A DNA stretch of 64,000 nucleotides from an uncultured delta proteobacterium (GTDB lineage: Bacteria; Myxococcota; Myxococcia; Myxococcales; Myxococcaceae), in NCBI GenBank assembly GCA_963796055.1, contig CAWCKH010000004.1, positions 3,456,001 through 3,520,000 of the forward strand. The letters run 5' to 3'. The stretch's first letter is position 1; each line of letters begins with the position of its first letter. This document shows positions 28,847 to 37,937 of this stretch, one piece after another. The notes under the pieces were generated by a model. That model was not told the DNA's origin and searched no databases. It saw only the letters and a list, made by a program, of their open reading frames with translations. The position numbers and the translations under genes are program-made.

Positions 28847-31800
28847 TCAAGGCGAGACGACCTCGACTTCCACGCCCTTGAGCCGGAACCCGCCCTCGGC
28901 GAGCGCGCGGCGGAGGCTCTCGGCCGGACTGCTGGTGTCCGGCCCGGGCAGGGGGAAGAGAGCCCAGCTCCGGTCTCCGCGGGACATGCGGAACCGGAGG
29001 CCGGGGTGCACGTTCACCTCGGGCGCCACGGATCCCGAGCGACCCTCGAAGATCCGGGCGAGCTCCTCGCCGGTGCGCGCATCCAGCAGCGCCGCGCCTG
29101 CGCCTTCGTAGGTGACGATGATGATCGAGCCATCCGCCGACCAGTCGACGGACTTCCTCACGGAGGAAGGATTGGGGGTGTTCCAGACCGGCTCGAGGCC
29201 GGGAAGCCTCCAGACGCCGATCCGTCCCGGGAAGGAGATGACGAGGCGAGCACCATCCGGACTGAAGCCGGCGCTGTTGTCCGGAGAATCCGCCACCGGA
29301 AGGCGTCGCTTGCTTCCACCGGGGAGTTCCTCGAGCACCAGCGCACCCTCCTCGAATCGGCCGATCTGCCTTCCGTCCGGTGAGAACGCGTGCCAGGCCC
29401 TGGTGCTGTCACTTCCCATCGGCTCGTCGAGAATCAGCGAGGGTCCACGCACGTCCCAGACACGCCGTCTCTGGTTGTTCATGCCCATCACGCGACCTCC
29501 GTCGGCGGACAGTTCGGCGGCCCAGCACTTCTCGCACGGAAGCCTGGCGAGCTCCTGACCATCTTGCGCCCGCTGGACGACGATCTCTCGACGATGTCCG
29601 ACGATCAGGGTGGATCCGTCATCGGAGATACCCGCGCCAAAGAACTCGGGGTCGGTACCGGTCCGGAGAAGTGTCCCGTCCTCGGACCGCAGCTCCAGTC
29701 CCTTGGAGTCGTACATGAGAAACCGGGTCCGCACCATCCAGAGGCCGAAGTGTGAGCCGAACGACCCGCTGGTTCTGGGCGCCGCGCGGCGGAGCTTCCA
29801 GGAGATCAGCATGCTGTCTCCCGAGAGTCCCGCCGCGTAGAGCGTCGAGCCGTCGAGCGAGAAGCTGTAGCTCGGGCTGCCCGGCGGCCGGCTGATACTG
29901 ACGAAGACGGAACGGTCGCGGAGGTCCACCAGGTCGGCTCGGTTCAGCGTGGGGGTGTCCACCACCACCCGGTGACCGTCCGCGCTGACCGCCAGGGCCC
30001 GGCCCTCTGACGGGTTCGCGCGTCCGGAGGTGGATCGGCCTGGAAGCTCGATGGAGAAGTCCCCGTCGGCGCCGCCGAAGAGCTGGAGTGACCCCGAGCG
30101 GACCAGCGCCACACCATGTCCGGTGAACTCGATCTCCTGCGCGTCCGGCGCAGACCGGGAGGTGATCTCCCGCCGCGCCTCCAGGTCCCAGAGTCGCACG
30201 AGACCGTTTCGGTCGCGGAACGCCATCCGGTCCCCCGCCGGGGAGGCCGCACACGGAGTGCCCAGCTCGACCTCGATCCCCGGGTCCTCGATCCCCTCCA
30301 CCCGGAGGACACCCGGAAAGCCGATGCGAGCGCGACGCGTTGCCGGGCCGACCCAGCAGAGGCGCTCCCGATCGCGGTCCGAGCTGAAGCGTTCCAGTCC
30401 GGTCCGCTCGTCGAGGACCCGTAGGAGATGTCCGACGCCGAGGCGGACGCTTCCGCCGGAGATCCGCGCGCTCTTGATCGGTTCCTCGGTCGGTGCCGTC
30501 CAGAGAGTGCGACCCGAGGCGACCTCGTACAACCGTACGTGGGTGCGCCGTTTCTCGAGGGCGACCACGGTTCCGTCGGGGAGAACGTCCACGTCGGCGA
30601 ACGCGCCAGGCTCGCCGGTCAGGACGGTCCCCCGCTCCGGCATCTTCTCTTTCGCGAGAGCGATGCCCCACCGCGCCGCCGCGGTGTCGTGCTGGACGCG
30701 GCTCGCGGCGTAGTACGCCGCCGCGCGGGCCCAGTCGCTCACGTCCTCCGCGCGCCGGGCACGCTCGACGAGCGCGGATGCGAGGTTCACCCGCGCTTGC
30801 CGGAGCTGGAGCGCAATTGCGACGGCGGCGCCGATGAGGATGAGCACCGAGGCGCCGACGGCCACGCTCAGCGCCGGGTTCCGCTGCACGAACTTCCGCG
30901 CGAGCTCGAGGCTTCCGTAGGAATAGGCCTCCACTCGCGCACCGGCCCGGTAGGCCAAAAGCTCGCTGGCGAACGCGGCCGCGTCCGGATAGCGCTCGGC
31001 TGGGTTTCTCCGGAGCGCGCGCTCGGCGATGGCGGCCAGCTCCGCGGGCGCTTCCGGACAGACCACCCGCACCGGGACGATGTGCCCGGAACGCACCGCC
31101 TCGATCACCTGTGCGTTGTCCAGTCCCTGGAAAGGAGGCCTTCCCGTGAGCAGCTCGTAGAGCATCGCACCCAGGCTGAACACGTCGCTCCGCTCATCGA
31201 TCGTCTGCAGATCGCCCCGCGCCTGCTCTGGACTCATGTACGACGGCGTGCCCAGCGCCACGCCAGCCTGGGTCAGCTCGGGACTCGAGTCGGGGGTGGG
31301 CGTGGGGCTCGCCGCCTCGGCCTCACCCCGACGCTTGGCCAGCCCCCAGTCCACGACCACCGTCTCGCCGAAGGGCCCGACCATCACGTTGGAGGGCTTG
31401 AGGTCCCGGTGCACCACCGACCGGCCGTGGGCATAGGCCACCGCCTGCGCCGCCGCGACCAGGTGCGGGAGCATCTCGAGCCGCTGGCTCAAGGTCCGGC
31501 ACTGGGCCAGCGCAGCCTTGAGCGTCCGGCCCCGGACCAGCTTCTGGGCCGAGTAGAGCGTGCCGTCCGGACGCTTCGCGAGCTCGTGGACCGCGACAAT
31601 CCCCGGATGGTCGAGCTGTGCCGTGAGCCGCGCCTCGCGGAGGAACCGGGCTTGGGCCGCTCGGGTGCTTCCCGAGGACTTATCCGCTCCCGGCCAGGTG
31701 AGCTCCTTGAGCGCGACCTCCCGTCCGACGAACCGGTCGAGCGCGCGCCAGACGACCGACTGCCCGCCGCGGCCCAGCTCGTCGAGCCGGGCATACTGTC

Positions 31801-32146
31801 CTTCGCGCTCGACCGGAACGAGGTCCCCGTCGCCGGGCGAGGGCGACGCGGCCGCAGCGGCGGCGGCCAGTTCCGACCCGAGAGTGCGTGCGAGTGCCCG
31901 AGCCCCCGGGAGCGACTCCAGGACCTGTTCCGGTGTCCCTCCGCTCGCGGCCAGCGCCTCGTCGGCGAGGTTGACGACCATGTCCCGTCGCTCGGGAGTG
32001 AGCGCTCCCGAATCGACCAGGTGGTCCAGGACCGAGCGGCCGTCCCGGGCCAGCATTCGCGCCGAGGCGGCGGCCATCACCTGCGCCGGAGTGACGAACC
32101 CTGCCTGGGCCGCAAGTACCCCAAGGATGAGATTCCTGTCGTCCAT
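28847..32146 (-). CDS. Ser/Thr protein kinase - TM - WD40-like beta-propeller, copy 3
   Basis: Same motifs; MDDRN start shared with the paralogs. Confidence 0.93.
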   Translation of the reverse strand: MDDRNLILGVLAAQAGFVTPAQVMAAASARMLARDGRSVLDHLVDSGALTPERRDMVVNLADEALAASGGTPEQVLESLPGARALARTLGSELAAAAAAASPSPGDGDLVPVEREGQYARLDELGRGGQSVVWRALDRFVGREVALKELTWPGADKSSGSTRAAQARFLREARLTAQLDHPGIVAVHELAKRPDGTLYSAQKLVRGRTLKAALAQCRTLSQRLEMLPHLVAAAQAVAYAHGRSVVHRDLKPSNVMVGPFGETVVVDWGLAKRRGEAEAASPTPTPDSSPELTQAGVALGTPSYMSPEQARGDLQTIDERSDVFSLGAMLYELLTGRPPFQGLDNAQVIEAVRSGHIVPVRVVCPEAPAELAAIAERALRRNPAERYPDAAAFASELLAYRAGARVEAYSYGSLELARKFVQRNPALSVAVGASVLILIGAAVAIALQLRQARVNLASALVERARRAEDVSDWARAAAYYAASRVQHDTAAARWGIALAKEKMPERGTVLTGEPGAFADVDVLPDGTVVALEKRRTHVRLYEVASGRTLWTAPTEEPIKSARISGGSVRLGVGHLLRVLDERTGLERFSSDRDRERLCWVGPATRRARIGFPGVLRVEGIEDPGIEVELGTPCAASPAGDRMAFRDRNGLVRLWDLEARREITSRSAPDAQEIEFTGHGVALVRSGSLQLFGGADGDFSIELPGRSTSGRANPSEGRALAVSADGHRVVVDTPTLNRADLVDLRDRSVFVSISRPPGSPSYSFSLDGSTLYAAGLSGDSMLISWKLRRAAPRTSGSFGSHFGLWMVRTRFLMYDSKGLELRSEDGTLLRTGTDPEFFGAGISDDGSTLIVGHRREIVVQRAQDGQELARLPCEKCWAAELSADGGRVMGMNNQRRRVWDVRGPSLILDEPMGSDSTRAWHAFSPDGRQIGRFEEGALVLEELPGGSKRRLPVADSPDNSAGFSPDGARLVISFPGRIGVWRLPGLEPVWNTPNPSSVRKSVDWSADGSIIIVTYEGAGAALLDARTGEELARIFEGRSGSVAPEVNVHPGLRFRMSRGDRSWALFPLPGPDTSSPAESLRRALAEGGFRLKGVEVEVVSP

Positions 32147-32243
32147 CGGCACGGGCTCAGTGCAGGCGATCGAACGTGATGGCGAGCCAGCTTACCGCCG
32201 AGGGGCTGGATCCACACGCCGTCGAGCCGGCCATCGCACGGCC

Positions 32244-33620
32244 TCACTCCGAGCCGAGGGACCGGACGTCGATGCCGTACCGGGTGACCCAGCGGACGAT
32301 CTGCGTTCTGCCCTTGCCGAGCACACGCGCCACGGCGGCCATGTTCCCGCCGTGCTCGCGCAGGAGCGCGACCAGCTCGTCGCGGTGGCGGGACTCGTCC
32401 GGCGTCAGCTCCCGGGGTGGCTCCTCGCCGGCCCGGCCGACCACGTCCGAGGGAAGGTGAGCGAGGTCGATCGCTCCGGCCCCGCTGAGGGCCAGGGCTC
32501 CGGACAGCGCCTGCTCCAGCTCGCGGACGTTGAGCGGCCAGCGATAATTGAGGAGCGCCTGCGCTGCTGCCGGCGTGAGCCGTACGTCCGGTCGCTCGGG
32601 AGCGAGCTTGCGCAGCAGCAGAGAGATGAGGAGCCCCAGGTCCTCCTGCCGGTCCCGCAGCGGCGGCAGCTCGAGGGTGACCCCCTCGAGCCGGGCCAGG
32701 AGGTCGTGACGGAACTTGTCCTCTCGCACCAGCCGGTCGAGATCGCGATGGGTGGCGGCGAGGACGCGGAGGTCGAGCGCCTGGGGGCGATGGCCGCCGA
32801 TCGGCAGCACCTCCGATTCCTGGAGCACCCGGAGCAGCGCCGCCTGTGCCGCGGGAGGGAGGTCTCCGATCTCGTCCAGGAAGAGAGTGCCTCCATCCGA
32901 GGCCCGCACGAGCCCGAGGCGGTCCTGGTCGGCGCCGGAGAAGGCGCCCTTCTTGTGCCCGAAGAGCTCGCCCTCCACCAGGGTGGGAGGGATCCCGCCG
33001 CAGTTGACCGCAACCAGCGGGCCACGGCGGCCGGAAAGCCCGTGGATGGCGCGGGCGAGCACCTCCTTGCCCGTTCCGCTCTCCCCAGCGATCAGCACCG
33101 GCACCCGGCTGGGAGCGACCCTGGTGGCACGCTCCAGGACCAGGCCGAACGCGCGCGAGAACGTCGTCAGTGGCCCGATGCACCCCTCGGCGCCGTCGCA
33201 ATCGCGAACCGCCGGCCCCTCGTTCGGAACGTCCTCGCGGAAGCGCAGGAGCGTGTGTCCAAGCTGGAGGAGCGCGCCGTCGTCGAGCTCGGCCTGCTCC
33301 ACCCGCCGGCCATCGACGAGCGTTCCATTCTTCGAGCCGAGGTCGCGGAGGGTCCACCGTCCCTCGGAGTGGCGAAGCACCACCTGCTCCGAGGACATCC
33401 ACCCGTCCGGAATCTCCACCGCGAGCACACGGGAGGAGACCGCGCGTGTGCTGCGCCGGGGGCCTCGTCCGATGGTGACCTGCTCGAGTCCCGCGAGGCG
33501 CCAGCGTGCAGGGCCGGCCAGGGCGCGCTCGCACTCGAGCTCCAGGAAGAGGTGCGGCCCTCGCGCGACCTCCCGGGATGGGGTCTCGACCTGGGACAGA
33601 GTTTCGCCCTTGCGAGCCAC
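32244..33620 (-). CDS. FHA-domain sigma54-dependent transcriptional activator
   Basis: FHA (IGR..S..DLGSKNGT), GESGTGKE, GAFSGA, LFLDEIGD, WPLNVREL, Fis-type HTH; GTG start chosen from the TATAAT position. Confidence 0.92.
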   Translation of the reverse strand: MARKGETLSQVETPSREVARGPHLFLELECERALAGPARWRLAGLEQVTIGRGPRRSTRAVSSRVLAVEIPDGWMSSEQVVLRHSEGRWTLRDLGSKNGTLVDGRRVEQAELDDGALLQLGHTLLRFREDVPNEGPAVRDCDGAEGCIGPLTTFSRAFGLVLERATRVAPSRVPVLIAGESGTGKEVLARAIHGLSGRRGPLVAVNCGGIPPTLVEGELFGHKKGAFSGADQDRLGLVRASDGGTLFLDEIGDLPPAAQAALLRVLQESEVLPIGGHRPQALDLRVLAATHRDLDRLVREDKFRHDLLARLEGVTLELPPLRDRQEDLGLLISLLLRKLAPERPDVRLTPAAAQALLNYRWPLNVRELEQALSGALALSGAGAIDLAHLPSDVVGRAGEEPPRELTPDESRHRDELVALLREHGGNMAAVARVLGKGRTQIVRWVTRYGIDVRSLGSE

Positions 33621-33627
33621 GGGGGCG

Positions 33628-33633
33628 ATTATA
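33628..33633 (-). promoter_or_regulatory. sigma70 -10 box TATAAT, probable leaderless promoter
   Basis: Perfect TATAAT 7 nt before in-frame GTG 33620; no RBS; weak -35. Confidence 0.55.
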
Positions 33634-33683
33634 GCGGACGCACGTAAGGTCGACACGAGGGTCCCGTCCCTTGCCTTGGTGCA

Positions 33684-34622
33684 TCAGTCGGAGACCCGGA
33701 GGACGAGATGCCCGGGGGCCTTCGGCTCGAGGCCCTCGAGCTTCCGGTGCGCACGGATTGCGTCTCGCAGCGGCATCACCTCCCCGAGCGAGACCGGGAC
33801 TCCACCGCCGTCGATCCACCCGGACAGAACGCGCAGGCGATCCGAGGTGACGTCCACCCGGAACGATCTTGCCGACACGTCCTGGCGCCCGAAGGATGTC
33901 GGTTCGAGGCCTTGCACCGAGGAGACCAGCCGCCCTCCCGGTCGGAGCAGACGGAGCGACGACCCGGCCACCACGCCTCCCGCCGTGTCGAGCACCACAT
34001 CGAACAGCGGAGCCCAGGCTGGAAGAGAGGTGAGCACCAGGCGTGCTCCGAGCCGACGCGCCTCGCCCCCCTCGGCCTCTTGCACCACCGCGACCACCTC
34101 GGCGCCTCGTCGCAGGGCAAGCCGCGTCGTCCACTGACCGACGTTCCCACCCGCGCCGAGCACGAGTATCCGCATCCCTGCCGAGATGCGGGCGAGCTCG
34201 ACCATCTGGAGCGCCGTGCAGGCGACGACCGGCACCGCCGCGGCCTCGATCGAGGTGAGCATCGTGGGTCGGAGACAGATCCTCGCCACATCGGCGAGGG
34301 CCAGCTCGGCGCACGCGCCGGTCAGCTGCGTGTTGGTGACGCCGAAGACCACGTCTCCGACTCCCACCGCGGCCACACCCGGTCCCACCGACTCGACGAC
34401 GCCGGCGAGCTCGCCCCCGAGCACCAGCGGAAGCGCCAGCGCGATCGGGCCCTTTCCGGAGCGGACCTCTGCATCCCATGATCCCACGCCGGCCGCCTGG
34501 ACCCGGAGCCGCACCTGGCCGGTATCGGGCGCCGGCACCGTCGCGGTCTCGATCTGGATGACCTCGGGCGGGCCGAAGCGGCGCACGACGGCTGCGAGAC
34601 CGACGTCGACGGTAGAGATCAT
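33684..34622 (-). CDS. NADP-dependent quinone oxidoreductase-like MDR enzyme
   Basis: FGPPEV, LPLVLGGELAG, GAGGNVG; no Zn-binding Cys cluster. Confidence 0.85.
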   Translation of the reverse strand: MISTVDVGLAAVVRRFGPPEVIQIETATVPAPDTGQVRLRVQAAGVGSWDAEVRSGKGPIALALPLVLGGELAGVVESVGPGVAAVGVGDVVFGVTNTQLTGACAELALADVARICLRPTMLTSIEAAAVPVVACTALQMVELARISAGMRILVLGAGGNVGQWTTRLALRRGAEVVAVVQEAEGGEARRLGARLVLTSLPAWAPLFDVVLDTAGGVVAGSSLRLLRPGGRLVSSVQGLEPTSFGRQDVSARSFRVDVTSDRLRVLSGWIDGGGVPVSLGEVMPLRDAIRAHRKLEGLEPKAPGHLVLRVSD

Positions 34623-34671
34623 GACTTGCTCCTGACCGAGCCTCGAAGCTCGGGAGTGACCTGCGCCGGTT

Positions 34672-35412
34672 TCAGGTGGCGCACGCGCCGAGGCCCAGGC
34701 CCTGGAGGAGAGCGTCGGTTCGTGCTTGGTGAGTCTGCTCTTCCAGCAGCTCCCTCCCGGGCGTTCGAGCGGCAGCCGCCCTGGGCCGGGTCAGAAGACG
34801 GTTCAGCTCGCTGATCGCGAGGTCCTCGGCCACCTGCGCCAGCTCGTCTCCGAGGATCCGGAGGCCCCGGAACGGGGCTCGCATCCGCAACAGGCGCGGG
34901 AGCACTGCCGGCACTTCGAGCTCCACCGAAGACGCGGTACGGCTGGCTTCGGCGATTGCCCTCCGGGCGATGCTGCTCCAGAGGTCGGCCTTCGCCCATT
35001 CGAACAACGTTCGGGCGTCGAGGCGGAGGTGCTTCAGGGCTGCCGCCGCCACCGCTCTTCCGCCTCGTCGCCGGCCTCGACGCGTGCTCCGCCGCGACAG
35101 CTCCGCGCAGGCGATGCGGCAGGCGAGAAGCTCGACCTTCGACTCCGGGGCTTCGTCCGGACGTCGCTCGAGGGCGTCGATCTCCGTCCGGAAGTTCACC
35201 GGGTCGGGTGCACCGCCCCGTGTCAGCTCCAGGGCGGTGAGGCGGGCGAGTCGCTGGAGCTGTCCGACCAGGAGCCTCGACCTGACCTGTACCTCCTCGG
35301 AGGTCGCCCGGCGGACTCGCTCGCGGAGGTCCTGGAGCACGAGGGCGGCGCGGTCCACCAGCGGAACTGGCGGTTCGACGGGGAGCTGGGTGGCGAGGGC
35401 TGGGCGGTGCAT
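34672..35412 (-). CDS. helical hypothetical protein
   Basis: Fills the gap on the coding strand; sigma54-like promoter just upstream. Confidence 0.55.
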   Translation of the reverse strand: MHRPALATQLPVEPPVPLVDRAALVLQDLRERVRRATSEEVQVRSRLLVGQLQRLARLTALELTRGGAPDPVNFRTEIDALERRPDEAPESKVELLACRIACAELSRRSTRRGRRRGGRAVAAAALKHLRLDARTLFEWAKADLWSSIARRAIAEASRTASSVELEVPAVLPRLLRMRAPFRGLRILGDELAQVAEDLAISELNRLLTRPRAAAARTPGRELLEEQTHQARTDALLQGLGLGACAT

Positions 35413-35429
35413 GAGCACCCGCCTGTCTG

Positions 35430-35446
35430 AGCATGCCGTGTGCCAC
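35430..35446 (-). promoter_or_regulatory. sigma54 promoter candidate GTGGCACACGGCATGCT
   Basis: TGGCAC..TGCT, GG-N10-GC, just upstream of ATG 35412. Confidence 0.65.
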
Positions 35447-35586
35447 TCCCCGAGGTGCGTAGAGACGGTGTTCCGCGGCCCAACCGGCCCGCCCGACACA
35501 GCTTCGTCAGCACGCTCGGGGTGTGTCGGGTGTCGGCCCCCCCCGGCGGGGCCCCACCGCTCCGCCCCTGCGCTGGGCCCCTCGTC

Positions 35587-37008
35587 TCATGCCGCGGCGG
35601 TCTGGGCGAACAGGTGCTTCGCCTGGATGCGTTCCGCGACGCTCGGGGGCACCATGGGGATCCACCCGGGGTCCCGCGCCTGGATCCGCTTCAGCACGTC
35701 CGCAGCCCGGATGGCCAAAAGCGCCGGGTCGGACGGCTCGAGCGCCCTCAGGTGATCGAAGCCGAGCACGAATTGCCGCAGGCACTCGGCAGGCTTCGTC
35801 GGTGCCGGGTCGAGGACGGTGATCAGTCTTCCCGTCGCCGTGTCGAGGGTCGGGTAGACGTAGACCTTGACCGAGCGCTTGAAGAGCCGGCCCACGGACT
35901 CCAGAGCGCCGCCGTCGAGTTTCTTGCTGAACTGCTCGTCGAAGAGATCGTTCAGCGTGTCCACGCCCAGGGCGATTCCGATCAGGCGGTCGGTGTAGGC
36001 CGAGAGGTAGTCCGCCAGCTGGTAGAAGGGCCCGAAGCGCGAGACGAGCACGTCGAACCCGAGCGCGTGCAGGATCTCCGCCCGGGCCAGGAAGTCCGCC
36101 GGCCCTGCGAGATCCTGCTCCGGCTGCCGCAGATTGTGCAGTGTCATCTCGGCGAGGACGACCGGCTCCACGCCGCGGACCTCCGGCTCGAGGACGAAGC
36201 GTTCTCTCGCCCGCTCGAGGAGATCCAGCGTCAGACTCGTGGCCGGGCGAAAGCTGCCGCGCTCGACCAGGATTGGCTTCCGGTAGAGCACCTCCGAGGG
36301 CTGCACGACGTCGCCGCTTGCGTTGAACATGGCCGCATCGGTGAGCCGACGCTCGACCAGCTGAAGGCTGACGATCCGGTTGTCTACCCCGACGAAGGCC
36401 GGGCCGGAGACCTTCAACACGTCGATCTCGACCCGCTCACGCGAGAGATCGTCGAGAAGTGACTCGAGTGCCCGGGACAGCTCCTCGCGCCCGAAGAAGG
36501 CGGCGTGGAGGAGATTCACTCCCAGGACTCCCAGCGCCTCCTGTTGCTGGATGGGATCACGATCCAGCAGGTGCACGTGCAGGATGAGGGAGGAGGGTGG
36601 CTGGCGTGGCTCGGCCTGGAAGCGCAGCCCGACCCAGCCGCGCCCGTGTTGGTCGCCTTCTTGCTTCCGGGTGGCGACCGTGTCCGCGAAGGCGAAGAAG
36701 GTGCTTCGATCGCCGCGGATGGAACCGAGGCTGTCGACGAGCTGCTGGAACTCGCGATCGAGCATCGCCTCGAGACGCTGCCGGCTGACGTAGCGCTGCG
36801 TGGGGCCGTAGTGCGAGTCGCTCACCGCCATGTCGTAGGCGGAGATCGACTTCGCGACCGTGCGGGAGGCACCGCCCGCCTGGAAGAACCAGCGCGCGAC
36901 CTCCTGGCCGGCGCCGATCTCGGCGAACGCCCCGAACGTCCTCGGGTCGAGGTTCAGCTCGAGCGCCTTGCGGTGTGTTCGAGATCCGGTGTCGCTGGAG
37001 GGGAGCAT
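35587..37008 (-). CDS. nicotinate-nucleotide adenylyltransferase-like protein with PncC/CinA-like N-terminus
   Basis: FAEIGAGQEVARWFF..SAYD..RYVS N-domain; GSFRP and GVDT in the C-domain; TGATG coupling to the upstream gene. Confidence 0.7.
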   Translation of the reverse strand: MLPSSDTGSRTHRKALELNLDPRTFGAFAEIGAGQEVARWFFQAGGASRTVAKSISAYDMAVSDSHYGPTQRYVSRQRLEAMLDREFQQLVDSLGSIRGDRSTFFAFADTVATRKQEGDQHGRGWVGLRFQAEPRQPPSSLILHVHLLDRDPIQQQEALGVLGVNLLHAAFFGREELSRALESLLDDLSRERVEIDVLKVSGPAFVGVDNRIVSLQLVERRLTDAAMFNASGDVVQPSEVLYRKPILVERGSFRPATSLTLDLLERARERFVLEPEVRGVEPVVLAEMTLHNLRQPEQDLAGPADFLARAEILHALGFDVLVSRFGPFYQLADYLSAYTDRLIGIALGVDTLNDLFDEQFSKKLDGGALESVGRLFKRSVKVYVYPTLDTATGRLITVLDPAPTKPAECLRQFVLGFDHLRALEPSDPALLAIRAADVLKRIQARDPGWIPMVPPSVAERIQAKHLFAQTAAA

Positions 37009-37937
37009 CAATTCGTCCTTTCGACGTGCTCGGGTGTTGCTTGCCCGGAGACCTGGGTGGTGCTCTCGGCCAGGAGCTCGGCGGCGAAACCGCGGATGAG
37101 ATCGAGACAGAGCAGGTCCTCGTCCTCGATCGCCGCGGCCAGCTCCGGCCCGGAGATGACCAGTGCCGAGACCGGGGTGGTCGCGATGGCCCGGAGCAGG
37201 AGCGGCAACCCGGCCACCGCCTGGGGGAGACCGACGACCTCTCCGGCTCGGGCCAGCCGGGCCGAGCCTTTCATCGGCACCAGCCGGAGCGAGCCGTGGG
37301 TGATGACCAGGAGGTCGGCGCTTCTGCTCGAGGGCTCCAGCGTCATTCCGGTCGCCAGGCGCAGGTCCCGGGCCACCCGAGCCAGCCGCGCGACCGCAGC
37401 CATCCCGCCTCCACCGGGACCGAGTAGTTTCCGGAAGACGAGCATCCTGGAAACGAGATCGGTGCTCTCCGGGGCCGGGCCCGGGAGGGCGCGGAAGGTG
37501 GGCCCGCCGATCGGCCGGACGGTCCGGAGCTGCAGGGCGAGCGCGCGAAGGAGATGCCGGCAGAGCTGCCCGTGCTCCTCGAGGACGGTGAGCAGCGCGT
37601 CCCGGTCCACCACCAGCAGCTCGGCTCCGGCAGGTGCGACGAGGTCCCCGGCCAGTTCCGACTGGCCCAGCAGGGCGAGTCCGCCGAGGCGTGCCGGGTT
37701 CCAGTCCGGGGGGCTCTGCGGGCCAGGCGTCGACAGCTCGAGGTGCCCACGGAGCGGAACGTAGAGCGCGCCCGGCAGCTCGCCGGCCTCGACCAGGACC
37801 GTCCGCTTGGGAACGACTTGCTCCCGCCCCGCGAGCGCGAGCAGGGTGAGCTCGGCGGCGGGCAAGATCTGGAAGGGCGCCAGCTGCGTCAACGCAAGCA
37901 GGTGACCCGTCGCTTCCGACTGGTTCGCGTCAATCAT
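37008..37937 (-). CDS. protein with two cyclic-nucleotide-binding-like domains
   Basis: PF..L..EL..LA, LVEAGE..LYV..G and LLVITHG..GEVVG repeats; no HTH seen. Confidence 0.75.
   Translation of the reverse strand: MIDANQSEATGHLLALTQLAPFQILPAAELTLLALAGREQVVPKRTVLVEAGELPGALYVPLRGHLELSTPGPQSPPDWNPARLGGLALLGQSELAGDLVAPAGAELLVVDRDALLTVLEEHGQLCRHLLRALALQLRTVRPIGGPTFRALPGPAPESTDLVSRMLVFRKLLGPGGGGMAAVARLARVARDLRLATGMTLEPSSRSADLLVITHGSLRLVPMKGSARLARAGEVVGLPQAVAGLPLLLRAIATTPVSALVISGPELAAAIEDEDLLCLDLIRGFAAELLAESTTQVSGQATPEHVERTN

Noticed and set aside
19605..32146. Diversity-generating retroelement acting on the kinase paralogs
   Set aside because: No reverse transcriptase and no template/variable pair with adenine-specific changes
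35587..37008. TonB-dependent receptor label I recall for this family
   Set aside because: No signal peptide or beta-barrel pattern; looks like a cytoplasmic alpha/beta protein
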